A stretch of 64,000 nt of DNA from Octopus vulgaris (GCA_951406725.2 OX597831.1:14508001-14572000), one strand, 5' to 3'. Counted from the first letter of the stretch, positions 27,325 to 44,017 are shown. The notes: a model not told the origin generated them from the sequence alone. Translations and numbers: made by a program.

Positions 27325-27340
27325 ATATATATACATATAT

Positions 27341-27401
<61 letters not shown>

Positions 27402-28391
27402 CATATACACACAGACACAGACATGCATGTATACCGCACATCACTAACACAGAAGGGATGTGTTTATTTTGTTATTTCAGCCACAGTAGGTCTTTGTAAT
27501 ATTTAAGTTTATTTATCTCTTTGACGTTTTGTTCTACATAATACACACACACACGCACGCACATACACACAAGCACACACGCACGCACACACACACATAC
27601 ACACACACACGCACATGTAAGCACACGCATGCGCGCGCACGGATACCTTCACGCGCACACATAAACATACACATATACACATACATACGCAACGATGCTG
27701 CGCGTGCTTGCGTGCCACCTGTATGCACACACGTGACAATCTCTGTCGCCGCGTGAACATAAATCTTTAACCGGAACAAAAGATTGGCGCTAAAACGGCT
27801 GGCACTTTCTATTTTCTTCGCATGTTGTTCCCTGACCATTTTTTCCGTCTATTTCGTTTAATTCTTTCGCAAGCAAAACATTTCGTGACATTTTAAAGAC
27901 GGTGTCACTTCATTAGTTGATATTCATTGCTAAACAGAATTCCGGTCACTTTACCATTTCTGTTGCAAGTATCTCTTCTACTCTAATTCTTCCAACTTCT
28001 TTAAAATACTTGTTTCGTGTTTTTTCTTCTAAGGTTTTTGCTAATGTCACCTTCTTCTTTTACCATTCCTCTTTTTGTAGTTTCTGTTTTCTTTTGGTTT
28101 TGTTTAAAGAAAATATCTATTTGCGTTCCTACCTTTCTCTCATTGAAGTTTCGTTTCTTACTTCTGGCTTTTTCTCGCCTTCCTCCTCCTTCTTCCCTTC
28201 TTCTCCTCCATTTCCTCCTCTCCCCTTCCATCAAATTTCCACGACGACGACGACGACTACCACCACCACCACCACCACCACCACCACCACCACCACCACC
28301 ACCACCACACCACCTCTTCTTCTTCTACACACACACATATATTTTTGTATGACTCTATGTAAATATGTTTCTGAATGTTTGTCTTTATATA

Positions 28392-28454
<63 letters not shown>

Positions 28455-28455
<1 letters not shown>

Positions 28456-28665
28456 TGGCTGCCCCCTCGTTATCGAGTATGGCCATTGCACGAAGCTTAA
28501 TCAATGTTGTTATCGTGCAATGCCTGTGCAAGAAGATTTTTTTTTAAGTGAGGAAAGGCTGTGTACTGAGTCAAGAACACAACACGCAGCCCGGTCCGGG
28601 ATTCGAACTCACAACCTCACGATCGTAAGCTCGACGTTCTAACCACTGAGCCATGTGCCTTCACT
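28455..28665 (-). mobile_element. tRNA-headed SINE fragment (related copies about 5275-5520+, 38140-38330+, 46000-46305-, 57930-58220-)
   Basis: Minus strand reads ggcacatggctcagtggttag..gagttcgaatccc..gtgttgtgttcttga. Confidence 0.65.
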
Positions 28666-28963
28666 TGTATACACATATATATACACATATGAATACACAC
28701 ACACACACACATATGTACACACGCCTACCTGCATATATACCAGATGCCAATAAAACAGATGTAAAAAGAAATGAAAGCCATAAATCTATTAAAACAAACG
28801 AAGATAAAACATAAACAATAAATAAAACAGGCGCAGACCCCAGAAAAAACACACCGAGAAACAATGCATAAAAACAGCCCCACCCACCACCACAAAGAAA
28901 AACAACCTAAACAACAACAACAACAACAGCACATTCTTAGCAATCGTTTTATTTGTATTAATA

Positions 28964-29206
28964 CAAGGTGTTCAAAAAGTCTCTCCGCAGTGAATTTTTC
29001 TTTTTATCCTGCGCATCTCACCGTGGCGCTATTTCGAAAGGTTTTCGGTGAACGGATTATTTCGAAGGGACTCTGGCCACCAAGAACACCTGATTTAACA
29101 CCACCAGATTTTTCTTTTTCTGGGGAGCAAGTAAAAAGATCAGTGTACAAGAATCGCCCGAAAAACCATTAGCTACTTACTGCGAAGAGACTTTTCCAAC
29201 ACCCTG
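28964..29206 (+). mobile_element. Tc1/mariner-superfamily internal-deletion derivative (DD37D/maT-like)
   Basis: TA target duplication. Imperfect TIRs caaggtgttcaaaaagtctctccgcagt / actgcgaagagacttttccaacaccctg. Internal peptide FGERIISKGLWPPRTPDLTPPDF matches the transposase WPP.SPDL.P.D motif. Confidence 0.85.
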
Positions 29207-30119
29207 TAATATGTATAATAAAAATAATCCTGAAGTTTTCCTGTAATATATTTTTGGTTAAGTACGAACAATCATTGGAGAGGTATTGAGTTCTTTGTTA
29301 ATATTGGACGTAAACAACTGGTTTCTATATATAAGAATAGGTTTTTCTTCAATAGTAGATAATGTTTTATTTATGGTTGTTGTCAGTGTTATAGAAATAT
29401 TCCGTTTCCATAGTAACGATATATATTTTAAAACTTCTTCTTGTTTATCTAATCTGGAATATTTCATATCGTTAACAACAATGTTTCTCTGTCCTTCTCT
29501 GTCTGTGTGTCTTTCTCTCTCTGTCTCCCTTCTTTCCCTCCTCTTTTTCTTGATTTTTTTCGTCTCTTTCTCTCCTTGTCTTTTTTGTCTTTGTGTGCAT
29601 GTGCGTGTGTGTGTTTGTGTATGTGTGTGTGTGTCTATATATATATATCATACATACATACATACATGAATGTATGTAGTATATATATATGAATATGTAT
29701 CTATGCGTTTTTATACAAATGTATATTTATGTATATCTGTCTATGTCAATAAATTTGTATGTATATGTGTGTATATATATATATATACGCATACATATTT
29801 TCATATGCATATACGTACATAATAAATCTCACACGTACACCTACATACATACATATATATACATACATAGACCCACATATACAGTCATTAAAATATAGAA
29901 GAAAATTCTGAAAAAAACCCATAAAGCAAATAGTCCAGTCTTATATCCACATGTATAGTATGAATGTATGTGCATATATGTGCGTATGTGTATGTGTGTG
30001 CGTATGTGTGTCCATGTATATGTGTTTTTGCGCGCGTGTGTGCGTTAATATGTGTATCTATACTAAAATATATTTGTATAAGTTAAGTTGACACAACGGC
30101 GCCTCTCATAATGATTGGT

Positions 30120-30770
30120 GAATCACATTTGTCACAATCAATCATGAAACTCCTTCATCAAAACGTCTTATGAAACTCCTCGGTTTCAGTCATTCGTAAA
30201 ACTTTTTCGTCACAATAATTCTTAAATCGCTTTAGTCATAATCATTCATGAAACGCTTTGATTACAGCAGTTCATGAAATTCTTCCGTCACAAAACTGTA
30301 AATCTTTTCTCACAGTGACTTATGTCACAATTTTGTTCACCGTCATTCATGAATCTTTCTAGTCACATTGAATCGTGGAAGTCGTTTGTCCCAATTATAT
30401 ACTCTTCAGTCATTTGGCTGCGGTCATGCTGGAGCACTGGCGTTACGGGTTTTAGTCGAAGAAATCGATGCCAGGACGTATTATTTGCAAGCCAAATACT
30501 TATTCTATCGGTTCTATTTTGCCGAACCGCTAATGTTACGGGGACGTAAACACGCCAACATCGATTGTGAAGCAACTTGCCAAAGGTGTCCCACAGGCGG
30601 ACTGAACCCGGCACTACGAGGTTGGAGAGCAATCATCTTACCACACAGCCACTCCTAAATGACTTACGGAGACTCCTTTTGCCCAGTCAGTTTCTGAGAT
30701 ATCTGCTTCGCGATGACTTATGAGATTCATCCGTCATCATGATTTATGAGACAGCTCCGGGTCAATCTGT
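30120..30770. repeat. Degenerate minisatellite of about 25-30 bp interrupted by a SINE
   Basis: Recurring gtcacaat..ttcatgaaactc units on both sides of 30400-30655. Confidence 0.55.
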
Positions 30771-31129
30771 TATAAAATATGCGATTAGGTGACAAGCTTA
30801 AGTAATTATATCTCCAAACTTTATTTCGGTTACATAACCAAATTGATTATCTCAAAAAATCGTAAACGAACGGAGCGTGGAGGTGGGGGGAGGCAACGAT
30901 TATCTTGATTGTTGTGGGAAACCGATAAATCCATAATGAAGTTGGTTTTATTTTAATTTTATACAATTTTCCTTCTCCTCCTCCTTCCTCCTTCTTTTCC
31001 ACCCTCCCTCACGACACACAGACACGTAGTAATTTATTTTACTATTCTTCTTCAGTTCTATTTTATTCTACTTTTCGTTATACATCAGAAACGGCTTGGA
31101 AAAGAGGAAAAACAAACTTTAGGAATTTT

Positions 31130-32180
<1,051 letters not shown>

Positions 32181-32871
32181 TGCAAACAACAACATTAAGC
32201 AATTCAGTGGCATGCTGAACAATATGTTGTTCATACTTTTTTTGTTTCGTTTTTGCTATTAAATCGTTTGGTCAGACAATGCCTTGCTTGTTTACACGTT
32301 TATTTGTTTATGTCTCTGCCACTTAGCGGTTCGGCAAAAGGTGCCGATAGCATGAGTACTAGCCTTCGTATAGGAGGAAGCATGGAGGTCGATTTCATCG
32401 ACTAAAATTTCCAAGGCGGTGCCCCAGCATGGCCGCATCTCTGTGATTTGAATGAGAAAAAGAAAAAAAGAACACACACGCACACATTTTTTATCTTTCA
32501 CTTTTTTCAGTCTTTAGAATGCGGCCTTGCTGGAGCACTGCTTTAAAGACTTTAGTCGAACATATCGACCCGAGAACTTTTTTCAAGCATGGTACTTATT
32601 CTGTCGCTGTCGTTTGCCGAACTGCTAAGTTGCGGCGACGTAAATACACCAATATCGGTTGTCAAGCAGTGGTGGAGGACAAACACAGACACAAAGACAC
32701 ACACAGATATAGATATTTATAAATACATGTCGGGCTTGTTTCAGTTTCTGTCTACCCAAATCAACTCACAAAGATTTGGTCGGGGATGTACTAGAAGTTA
32801 CGTGGGACGAACCTAGAACCATGTGGTTGAGAAGCAAGCTTCTTACTGCACAGCCACACCTCCAACCATAG

Positions 32872-32925
<54 letters not shown>

Positions 32926-33855
32926 ATGAGTGCGTGGATGTACGTAAATAAAAAAGAATGGAAGAAGTAATCAAATACTACAGCTGTTTCAAAAGAAATA
33001 CGGAGTGTTCATTCCGTAATATGTTTCATTGCAAACTGATGTCCTTTATCGTCAGGTGATTGCGGTCATTCATTTAAAAATTATCTGCTATAATGATACA
33101 GAACCCCCACCCCCAAAAAAACCCCACAGCCCAGGAGGGAGATGTACATTTTAAGTATAAAAAAGGGAGAATGGAAATTGTAATTGGCAAAGAGTCGATG
33201 GCGTGAACTACCCACATATTATCTTCGTGTGATAGATCGGTGTCTGATTGCACTTCGCTTGCTGCATACTGAAATTTATGGGGTGACCACCAGAAATTCA
33301 CATATAAGAAACACCTATTAGGTGTCAATGAAGGAAACAGGTGCCCAAAAGAACGGGATCTTTATTACTAAGGAACAATAACGGGATTAATAAAAGTTAA
33401 TACGGGGAAGAAACAAAGAGAACGGAAAAGCAAGTGAAAAGGAAAAAAGAAAAATGTCAGAAATAAGTTGACGACTGTAAGTTAAATGTATATACATACA
33501 CGCATATATATACACATAAAAGAGAGACTACGCGCACGTACACATATTTGTATATGCACATATACACACATATAGAATATGTAAACAAAATGACACACAC
33601 ACACACACACTAAATATATATATATTGGTTAAAGAGGCCGACGGAGGACATATGACTTGAGATGTTTGCCTTGTCTTTACGTTTGTTGTCCTCTTTAACA
33701 ATTATACATCCGCTATATGGGAAATCTACAATGGTCCCATAACTCCCGCCTCGGTTATGACCTTGGAGCCCAGGTAATCAGTTACAGCACTTACCCAGCG
33801 TACCTAGTCGTTTAGATCACCTGTGAACTAAACCCTCATATTTTGCGTGTGCGTG

Positions 33856-33886
<31 letters not shown>

Positions 33887-34155
33887 GGAGGCGCAATGGC
33901 CCAGTGGTTAGGGTAGCGGACTCGCGGTCGTAGGATCGCGGGCGTTGTGAGTGTTTATTGACCGAAAACACCTAAAAGCTCCGGCAGGGGGTGGTGATCC
34001 CTGCTGTACTCTTTCACCACTCTTTCTCTCACTCTTTCTTCTGCTGGCCTGCTCGCTTAGCCAGCGGGGTGGCGTCATTCAAAGGCTAAAACAATGCGAA
34101 CGCATTGTGACCAGCGATGTGTAACAACATCTGATGGTCTGGTCGGTCACGTGAT

Positions 34156-34186
<31 letters not shown>

Positions 34187-34272
34187 CATATTTATATATA
34201 TATTTATATATATATATATATATATATTTATATAGATATATATACATATTTATATAGATAGATAGATAGATA

Positions 34273-34321
<49 letters not shown>

Positions 34322-35023
34322 TTAGGTATGCACACAGCCAAGCATAATATGATTATAATCTTTCGCTGGTGTAAAATAAATCTTTACAAACGAATACATT
34401 AGTACACTGCTAATATAAATGTATAATATCGAGTACATACATAATCACGCACAAATATACATACTTAGGTACGCTAGAAGCTATTTGGATGTAATACCAG
34501 ACGGAACAAACAGTAATACATAAAAAAGCTGAAATGAGACAAGGGAACGAAAGTTGTGTGGATAGTTACAAACGCATGAGTGTATAACACATTAAAACGA
34601 ATTGGAAAAGAGAATACAAAAAACGAAAGGAAAACGTAAAGCACATACTCACACACATACGTACGTTTAGAGGTCGTTGTAAAACAGATAATTTTCAAGT
34701 GAATGGCCGCATGTATCTTATGGAAAAGACACCGGATACCTATGAAACACTCATAACGTTACGTAATAGGCGCACGACGCATCTTTTGAAACAGTTGTAG
34801 TTCTCGACTTTTTTAAAATACTTTTTTATTTATTGACTTCATTATTGCATAATAAGCAACATTTGTGGCTTTCGAACAGGAATTTTTATAGCTTGCATCG
34901 TCTTATAGGAATTTTCTAAGCTCTAAATGAGACGAAGCGTATTTGATTTATTCATTGATAAATTTTATTGATCAGTGATCGAATCATCTACATGTCCAAT
35001 ACAAGGCGTGATTGTGTTAGAGA

Positions 35024-35059
<36 letters not shown>

Positions 35060-35145
35060 TATTTATTACACTATTGTTTGACAGCACCCTCGCGTCGGTT
35101 CGATTCGATTCGTTCGCTTCGTTCCGTTCTTATTCTCCCGGTACT

Positions 35146-35185
<40 letters not shown>

Positions 35186-35279
35186 GAAAATTCACAAAAT
35201 AAAACAAAACAAAAGACGAAGACAGGTGGTGTAGAAAACCAACAGATGTATTAGTATAATGCTCGGGAAGTGAAAAAGT

Positions 35280-35315
35280 CTTTAACGTTTCGAGCCTACG
35301 CTCTTCCACAGAAAG
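35280..35315 (-). ncRNA. HHR-like motif (CTGTGGA core variant) in a PLE-terminus-like fragment 35180-35390
   Basis: Minus strand reads CTTT-CTGTGGA-aGAGC gtag GCTC-GAAA-CG-TT-AAAG. Confidence 0.55.
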
Positions 35316-35411
35316 GAACACAGAAAGAAACAAGGAGAGAAAATAAGGAATGTGTAGTGGCTAGCGATTTATCATGGCGAATGCCGGGCACACACGCATA
35401 CATACACACAC

Positions 35412-35442
<31 letters not shown>

Positions 35443-35734
35443 TACATATGTATTTTGTGTGTGTGTATAAATATGAATGTATATTTATGAATGGTTTTAG
35501 GCTTAGTTAAAACAGAAAGAATTTTACCTTAATTTGATGCGTTACCCTATACTTTTCTACAATATAAATCTATTATTGTTACACAAGGATGTTGTTGACC
35601 GTAACTTCGAAGTTTCGGCCAAATAAGCCATCGTTGAACAGTATATGTACATGTATGTATGCATCTGTCTCTTTTCTGTGTGACTGCTGCTGCTCTCTCT
35701 CTCCCCATCTCTCTCTCTCTCTCTCTCTAATTAC

Positions 35735-35796
<62 letters not shown>

Positions 35797-36142
35797 CTCT
35801 CTATTTACCTATCTCTATCTATCTATTTGTATATACCCAGTATACCCATCACGCACATACATTAATATCAAGTAATCGTAAAATGGTTTTGAGCCGAAGA
35901 TATAAAAATACCCGTATCTGCGTATCTGATTATTGGTTTGAGATGGAAGCCGAAAATAAACAAGTAAATAAGAAATATATAAATAAATAATAAAATCAAG
36001 TAATAAAAAATTAAAAACCGATAATGTCGGTGGAATGCTTTGTTATCAAAATCTGTAAAATACTGCAATTTGTAACAACAACCACCTTCGTCACCACCTC
36101 CGCTACCAGCAGATATTTACTCACCCACACATATATATATAA

Positions 36143-36179
<37 letters not shown>

Positions 36180-36235
36180 CATATATATATATATACATAC
36201 ATATATATATATATACATACATACATATATATACA

Positions 36236-36271
<36 letters not shown>

Positions 36272-36353
36272 CATATATATATTTACATATATATATATAT
36301 AAATATATATACATACACACATATGTTTATCTCTTTAGCCATCCATGTATCTA

Positions 36354-36520
<167 letters not shown>

Positions 36521-36804
36521 GCATACAGAAAGAACTATATTAACTCTATAACTTCCAAACAATTTCCTGGTTATCCATTTCCATTTATTCAGAATTTTTT
36601 TTTGCGTCATATCATATAGAATATTATCAAAGAAGGTTAACTGTGACTTTAATGTTTTTTTCCTTCTATTCGCAAGAGAATATTGGTTTTCTTTATGTTT
36701 TTACAGGTTTATAGTGTCAGGCATCGAAAAACATGTTGTTTTACTTTAACTCTATGGTAATATCTTTTTGAGAACGTACATAAATATACAATGTATGTGT
36801 GTGG

Positions 36805-36940
<136 letters not shown>

Positions 36941-36982
36941 GTTCGTGTGTTTATTTGGCAACAAAAATGACCATTCTAAAAT

Positions 36983-37044
<62 letters not shown>

Positions 37045-37212
37045 CATACATATATATATATTTACATCTATATCTATATGATTATATATACATATATCTA
37101 TATATCTGTCTAAATATATATATATATATATATACATATATATAGACACACATACATATAAAAACATATGCCTATATGTACATGTGTATGCATATACATA
37201 TATATATGGATG

Positions 37213-37260
<48 letters not shown>

Positions 37261-37455
37261 TATATGAGTGTGTGTGTGAATTTATGCATATGATTGATAT
37301 AAATCGCTATATATATTTTAATACGTTGTAATTTTGCGCTGTTCTAAGCAGACACAAGTGCAGTTTTTAATATGAAAATATAACGATGAAACACTTACAT
37401 TGTGATTGCTATCCTCCAACATATAGCAACAACAATTATCTATGTATGTATACGT

Positions 37456-37527
<72 letters not shown>

Positions 37528-37576
37528 GCATATGCATGTATATATGTATGAATATATATGTATGAATATATATGTA

Positions 37577-37619
<43 letters not shown>

Positions 37620-38436
37620 GTATATATGTGTATATGTTTATATATGTGTGTGCGTGCAAGAATCGGCGCAGGTATGGCTGTGTGGTAAGATGGTTGCTTC
37701 CCAACCACAATATTCCGTGTTCAGTCTCATTGAGTGGCATTTTGGACAAGTGTCATTTACTGTAGCCTCGAGAGCATTTGGTAGACGGAAACGGAAAGAA
37801 ATTCGTCGTGTGTGTGTGTGTGTGCGTACATTTACCTGTGTCTTTGTGTCTGTGCTTGTCTCTCAGCCGCCGCTTGTCAACCGGTATTGGTGTGTTTACG
37901 TTCCAAGGTCGACATTGCCTTTCATCCTTTGGGGGTCGATTAAATAATGTAATCGACTTAATCCCTTAATGTCCTTCTTTGTCCCCTCTTTGTTTAGCCC
38001 CCTGTGGGCAATAAAGAGATAAATATTTAACCCTATGTAGTCGACGTTAAACCTGTTTCACTCCAAACAGTTCTCAAATATAGATTGTAATTTTTATTTG
38101 AGGATATTTGCATTTTATAGCGCAGTGTGTTTATATAGCAGTGAAGGCACGTGGCCTAGTTGTTTTACAATTGCTAGATTCTGGTTTCGATTCCCGATGT
38201 AAGTGGCACGTTGTTTTCTTGAGCAAAATATTCCATTTGAAGTTGCCCCTGGGGTCTCTTCATCATCTGCCATGTGGCACACTCATGTGCACCTGAACAG
38301 GAAATATTAACTTGATACAGAAAATAAGTTATTGTAAGGCACAAACATGAAGAGGGCTTAAAGAACCAAAAGCTTTTCCTATTTCCGTTCTGTCGTCCAT
38401 TAAACAGGTTCTCTGAACATTTTCGTTTTCTTATCA

Positions 38437-38565
<129 letters not shown>

Positions 38566-38572
38566 TATATAC

Positions 38573-38607
<35 letters not shown>

Positions 38608-38620
38608 CATGTAATCTTTA

Positions 38621-39783
38621 TCTTTATATATATAAAACTGAGAATGTGTGTCTGTCTGTCTGTGTGTTTCCCTAAAACTTGAGAACTACACAACCAATTT
38701 CATTCAAATTTTACACATGTTTTACTTAGGGTCAAGGGAGTGTCATCGCAAAAAGTGTTTTACTTTTTGCTTAGGGCGAGCCCACAGCAATATCATATCT
38801 TCTGCACTACGATTCCCTAAAACTTGAGAACTACGCAACCAATTTCATTCAAATTTTACACATGCCTTACTTAGGCTCCATGTAGTTTCATGGGTAAGAA
38901 AAATGTTCAACTTCTTGCCTAGAGCGAGCCCATAGCAATATCATATCTTCTCCACTATTTCAGTATTACGTGTTAAAAGTGAAACAAAAATATCTCTCTA
39001 TTTTATGTCAGATGCTTTCACTTTAACAATAAAAATAATAATAACAATTGAATTATATGTAGTAAGTAATAATTAAAATCAAACTAAAGTAACATGACAA
39101 AAGTAAAAATAGCAATTGGTATAAAATTGCATCAATGATTTGAACTTGAATAAGTGGTTTCACATGAATGGGAATAAATCAAAAATATAATTAGCGTGCA
39201 GAAATGGAATAGTCCAGATAGATACTAAAAAATTAAATTAAAGAAAAGACTATTGTCTATAAAGTATACAATCTAGAGAAAAAAGAAGATTTGAACACAT
39301 GGAAGAAAGCTCCTTCGAAAAGTGTCTTGGTGCGACTATGAAAGTTATCTAATCAGAGGCGGTAAATTCGCCACAATAGAAGCAAGGTTCGAGTCAACGG
39401 AGAGTGCAAGGGAGTACTCGACTCGAACTTGCAAAGTGGAAATATTTCCTTTTTACTTTTATATCTGGGACGTAGGACGTCCAGAAAAAAATTTTAATGC
39501 CCCATCCCCCAGAAGTAGAGGTAGGCTGGATTTTAGCCACACTTCTATACAAGAGGGAGGACAAGATACAATTGATCGAAATTACAAGAGACGGGCTAAA
39601 AATTCCAGTCTGTTATATATTTTGAGTATTGTTATCACTAGCGATATCAAGATATAACTTTGTATTTTGCATTTTATGTGTAGATGTATATATATAGATG
39701 TACATGTAATATGTACACATATATATACACATATATATATGCACTAGCACTATGACCCGGCAACGACGGGTCTTTAATGCTAG
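38621..39783 (+). mobile_element. Non-autonomous Helitron-like element
   Basis: 5' A|TC-tttatatatataaaa followed by (gtct)n. 3' hairpin GACCCG-gcaacga-CGGGTC then CTAG|T. Internal duplication of about 145 bp (38667 and 38812). Linkage of the two ends is inferred. Confidence 0.6.
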
Positions 39784-39829
39784 TATATATATATGTATGT
39801 ATATCAGGTGTTATATATATATGGAAATA

Positions 39830-39887
<58 letters not shown>

Positions 39888-40022
39888 AATACATGGTGAT
39901 TGTGAAGGATTATTCAAAGAGAGACACGCACGCACCACATACAGACATTTATCCGTAGCCCGTCTGCGCTATGAAAGGTCATTTTATATTTTTGTTGGTC
40001 GTAATTATTCATGGCAATATGT

Positions 40023-40114
40023 AATTCCTGACGAAGAATCTAATTTTTATTTCATGAATAGTTTTTCGTTTTTGCCTTTGGAATTAATTAGACTCTGAAA
40101 CAATTTGTAGAATT
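40023..40114 (+). ncRNA. Type I HHR motif with an extended stem II
   Basis: AATTC-CTGACGA-AGAaTCTAATT..(about 40 nt)..AATTAGAcTCT-GAAA-CAAtTTG-TA-GAATT. Confidence 0.75.
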
Positions 40115-40176
40115 TATATTGGATCTCAACCAACCTGGATTATGGTTTACAACTACAATTGTTTTCTTTCCTTATA

Positions 40177-40248
<72 letters not shown>

Positions 40249-40324
40249 GGAGTAAACACATAAATGTGAAACAAGGTGGAAAAAAGAGTACTCAAATACC
40301 AGTGGTAGAGTAATATGCTAAAGT

Positions 40325-40372
<48 letters not shown>

Positions 40373-40449
40373 ATATATATACCGAAGCGATAGTAACTCC
40401 ATAACACCCACTCATATACCCTCCGATCATATAACCACTCTCCACACAA

Positions 40450-41262
40450 TCCCCAACTCGACAAATTTGAAGCAGATTTGCTTCTTATGATTAGAAACAC
40501 TAAATTCTAAGAATATAAATCCTCCTTTGAAAAAACTAGAAACTTTCGTATACCATAAAACGAATCGTTTCAATTCCTAAATTAAACGTCTTCTCGGATA
40601 AAACAGGAAATATGGATCCTATTACCATCGAGGGATACAACAAATTCATAAAGAAGGAACTCTATAAATCTTACAAGCTCGCACCAACATTCGTCCTTGA
40701 CGACATCAACACCAACCATTGCAAACATATGAAGAAATTACACGTGGATGACCGTTCAGTACCATACTGCCCTACAATTCCACACTTGACCCTCAACGAT
40801 CATAAGAAGGACTTTATAACCAAACCATCAATATGCCACATATGCCCCACCAAATCCGATCTGGGAAGAATAAGAAGAAATATTTTGGACAAAATAACAC
40901 CAATCGTCAAGGAGAGATTAACGTCAACTTATGGTCCTGTACAGGTGAACTTATATCATGGTTCCATCTCTTGAACAACAAAAAACTCTTATTCTTTGCT
41001 ACAATTCTTTATAAATAATTACTATTCTTCTGTTTCTCGCAAACTTCTTAATCAAGCTCTCCTTCTAGTTAGGAATCTAATTAAACTTAACCCATTAGAA
41101 ATTAACATAATCCTTAAACCCCGCAAAAGTCTTATTTCTTTTGAGAACAAACTCTGGTGCCGGGCCATTCGCCATAACAATACTAATAACCATAACAATT
41201 TATTTGACATTACCATGGGATCATCTGACTCCGTTCAGGTCACTGACCTCGTTGGACTATAA
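40450..41262 (+). pseudogene. Frameshifted PLE-type reverse transcriptase fragment (different lineage from the 16-17 kb element)
   Basis: HLTLNDHKKDF..KPSICHICPTKSDLGRI..ILDKI, NLWSCTGELISWF, LQFFINNYYSSVS and FDITMGSSDSVQVTDLVGL resemble recalled PLE RT motifs (TLKDHK..F..RLINP.KSELG; FDVTMGSYDGAEVCELVG). Truncated by a SINE. Confidence 0.75.
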
Positions 41263-41764
41263 TACTCCGCTAAGTTACAGGAACATAAACCCACCAACAC
41301 TGGTTGCTAAGCAGCGATGGGTGTAAGGAACACGAACGCAAAGACACATACACATAGACATATATATATATATATATATGTAGATATGTATATATGCATA
41401 TACATACGCATACACACAAACACACACACACATACACACGCACACATATATACACGACGAGCTTCTTTCAGTTTCCGCCTACCAAATCCACTCACAAGAG
41501 TCTGGTACGTCGTGATTATAGTAGAAACACAGGCCTATGATGTTAAGCAGTGAGACTGAACCCGGGACCATGTGTTTGAGAAGCAAGCTTCTTATCACAC
41601 AGCCAAGCTATGACTTAATTTTATTACTCGAGTCTTGCCACACGATGAGATGCGGGGACTTCCACGTTCTTTTTATCGTGGAGTGATTTTTATCTCAAGA
41701 ATCCGCAACCAACCGACCAACCAGCCAACCAACAATTCCATCAATGAACCAACCAACCGACCAA

Positions 41765-41799
<35 letters not shown>

Positions 41800-42215
41800 A
41801 CCAACCAACCATCCCGCAATTCTTGTCATAACATCGAACATCATTTGTCCTACAGCCGTCCTTCGTTCAGAGAGGTTCCAATGTCGTCACTATCGCCCCC
41901 ACAACAATCAGAACAGACAATGTAGAATAAGAGGCAAGATGACAAATGCAGAGGCGGGTTGGGGGTGGGGGGTGGCGGACAAGGAAGCGTGGGAGGGTGG
42001 GAGTGAAAGCCTGATCGATATTCCATCGAAACCAAAATGAAGATATAAATAAACGAGAATATAAAAACGCGTAGATTTCTGACGTCACTAATTTTCCGAG
42101 ATGAATGCTTAACGTCATCTCGTAGAAGTCACAGAATCACGTGGTTAGCTCTCTGTCTGTCTGTCTGTCTGTCTCTCTGCCCGTCTCACTCACTTTCACC
42201 CACATAGGTTTTTCG

Positions 42216-42289
<74 letters not shown>

Positions 42290-42889
42290 GATTTTCTTCT
42301 CTCGTCTATTCTGTTTATTTCTAAAGACCTACAAACACATGAGTTTGCATTGATTTCATTCAGAAATGTCGAATCCCATATCTATTTTTAAACATTTGCC
42401 GGAAATATGATGTCGTGAGGTTCATCTCCATATCAGCATCATCAACTTCCGCATCTCCCCTTCCCTCTCTCATCCGCCTCATCATCATCATAAGCACCCT
42501 TCTTCTTCTTCTTCTTCTTCTTCTTCTTCTTCTTCTTCTTCTTCTTCTTCTTCTTCTTCTTCTTCTTCTTCTTCTTCTTCTTCGTCTTCTTTAAGTCAAT
42601 GAGAGTGGTTTGTACGTATATACATGTACGCTTGTATGTATATATATATATATATATATAACTATGTATATATATATATGTGCATGTGCGCGTATACATA
42701 TACATATGAAAGTATGTTGATGCAAAACGCACGAAGCTGTTGGACCTTGAGTCACTCTGTTACATAGGTGCTTCTGATGAGAACCCAATAAGGGTTGAAA
42801 ATCCATTAATATAGTTCATAATTTTTTTCGGGCTGCGGAGAAATGGTTAAAATTTGCCCTGTTTATAATTATACCATGTTGCACATGTA

Positions 42890-43048
<159 letters not shown>

Positions 43049-43252
43049 AATCGCTGAACGAGGTATAAACAGTAGCTGCACGACAATGTGAAGTATATTT
43101 GCCACTTAAATGTAGCTAACCACTAAGGGTGGATGCTACTGTAGCTTGTAGTCCCAGAACATCTTCTCCAGTTGGATATTGACACACTTTCTGTGCCCTA
43201 TAAGGTTTTGCAAAGGGAAGCCATCCTTCCCATCGTCGACCTGACGTGATAC

Positions 43253-43295
43253 ACACGGACCCGGGTTTCTGAGTATTTACCCGTCGTCAGCGCAC
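43253..43295 (-). ncRNA. Type I HHR motif
   Basis: Minus strand reads GTGCG-CTGACGA-cGGGTA aa TACTCa-GAAA-CCCGGG-TC-CGTGT; stem I relies on G-U pairs. Confidence 0.65.
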
Positions 43296-43737
43296 GGCAA
43301 TCACCTGTCTTCGAGATCAGTAACTTTTCGTCACTAAAAAAAGGATATGTGTATTTGCATTGGGACCCCTTCGCATCGAAGACTGGTGATTGTCTACGAA
43401 ATCCACTGATAAGGCTTTGGTCTGCCCGAGACTAGAGTAGAAGATACTTACCTAAGGTGCAGTGCAGTGGGACTGAACCTGGAAGCATGTGGTTGGGAAG
43501 CAAGTTTCTTACCACACAGACACTCCTGCGCCTATTGTTAAACAATTCCAGATTCAGAGGAAAATATGAACACCACGACACCACATCTTTCTTGTTGCTC
43601 TTCCGACGGATTTAAGACATTTTGTTTCATATTAATACGAACGGATTATAAAATCGTTAAGTCTGCAACATCAGTGATGCTATTTATAGTCACAAACCGA
43701 TTCCATCAAAATATCTCCTCCATCTCACCCACTCTCT

Positions 43738-43777
<40 letters not shown>

Positions 43778-43958
43778 AAGTATAACCTTCTTTATATAAC
43801 TCTTAGTCTCTCTTTGCCTATCCCGTTCTCTCTAAACACTAGTGTCTAACATTTCCAAGCACTTTCAGCGCAAAATACGAATGAATAATTGATGTTTACG
43901 AAGATACTGACGTCAGTTAAAAGTGTGTAGGACGTCACTCCGCCGTGGAGTAGTCTGT

Positions 43959-44017
<59 letters not shown>

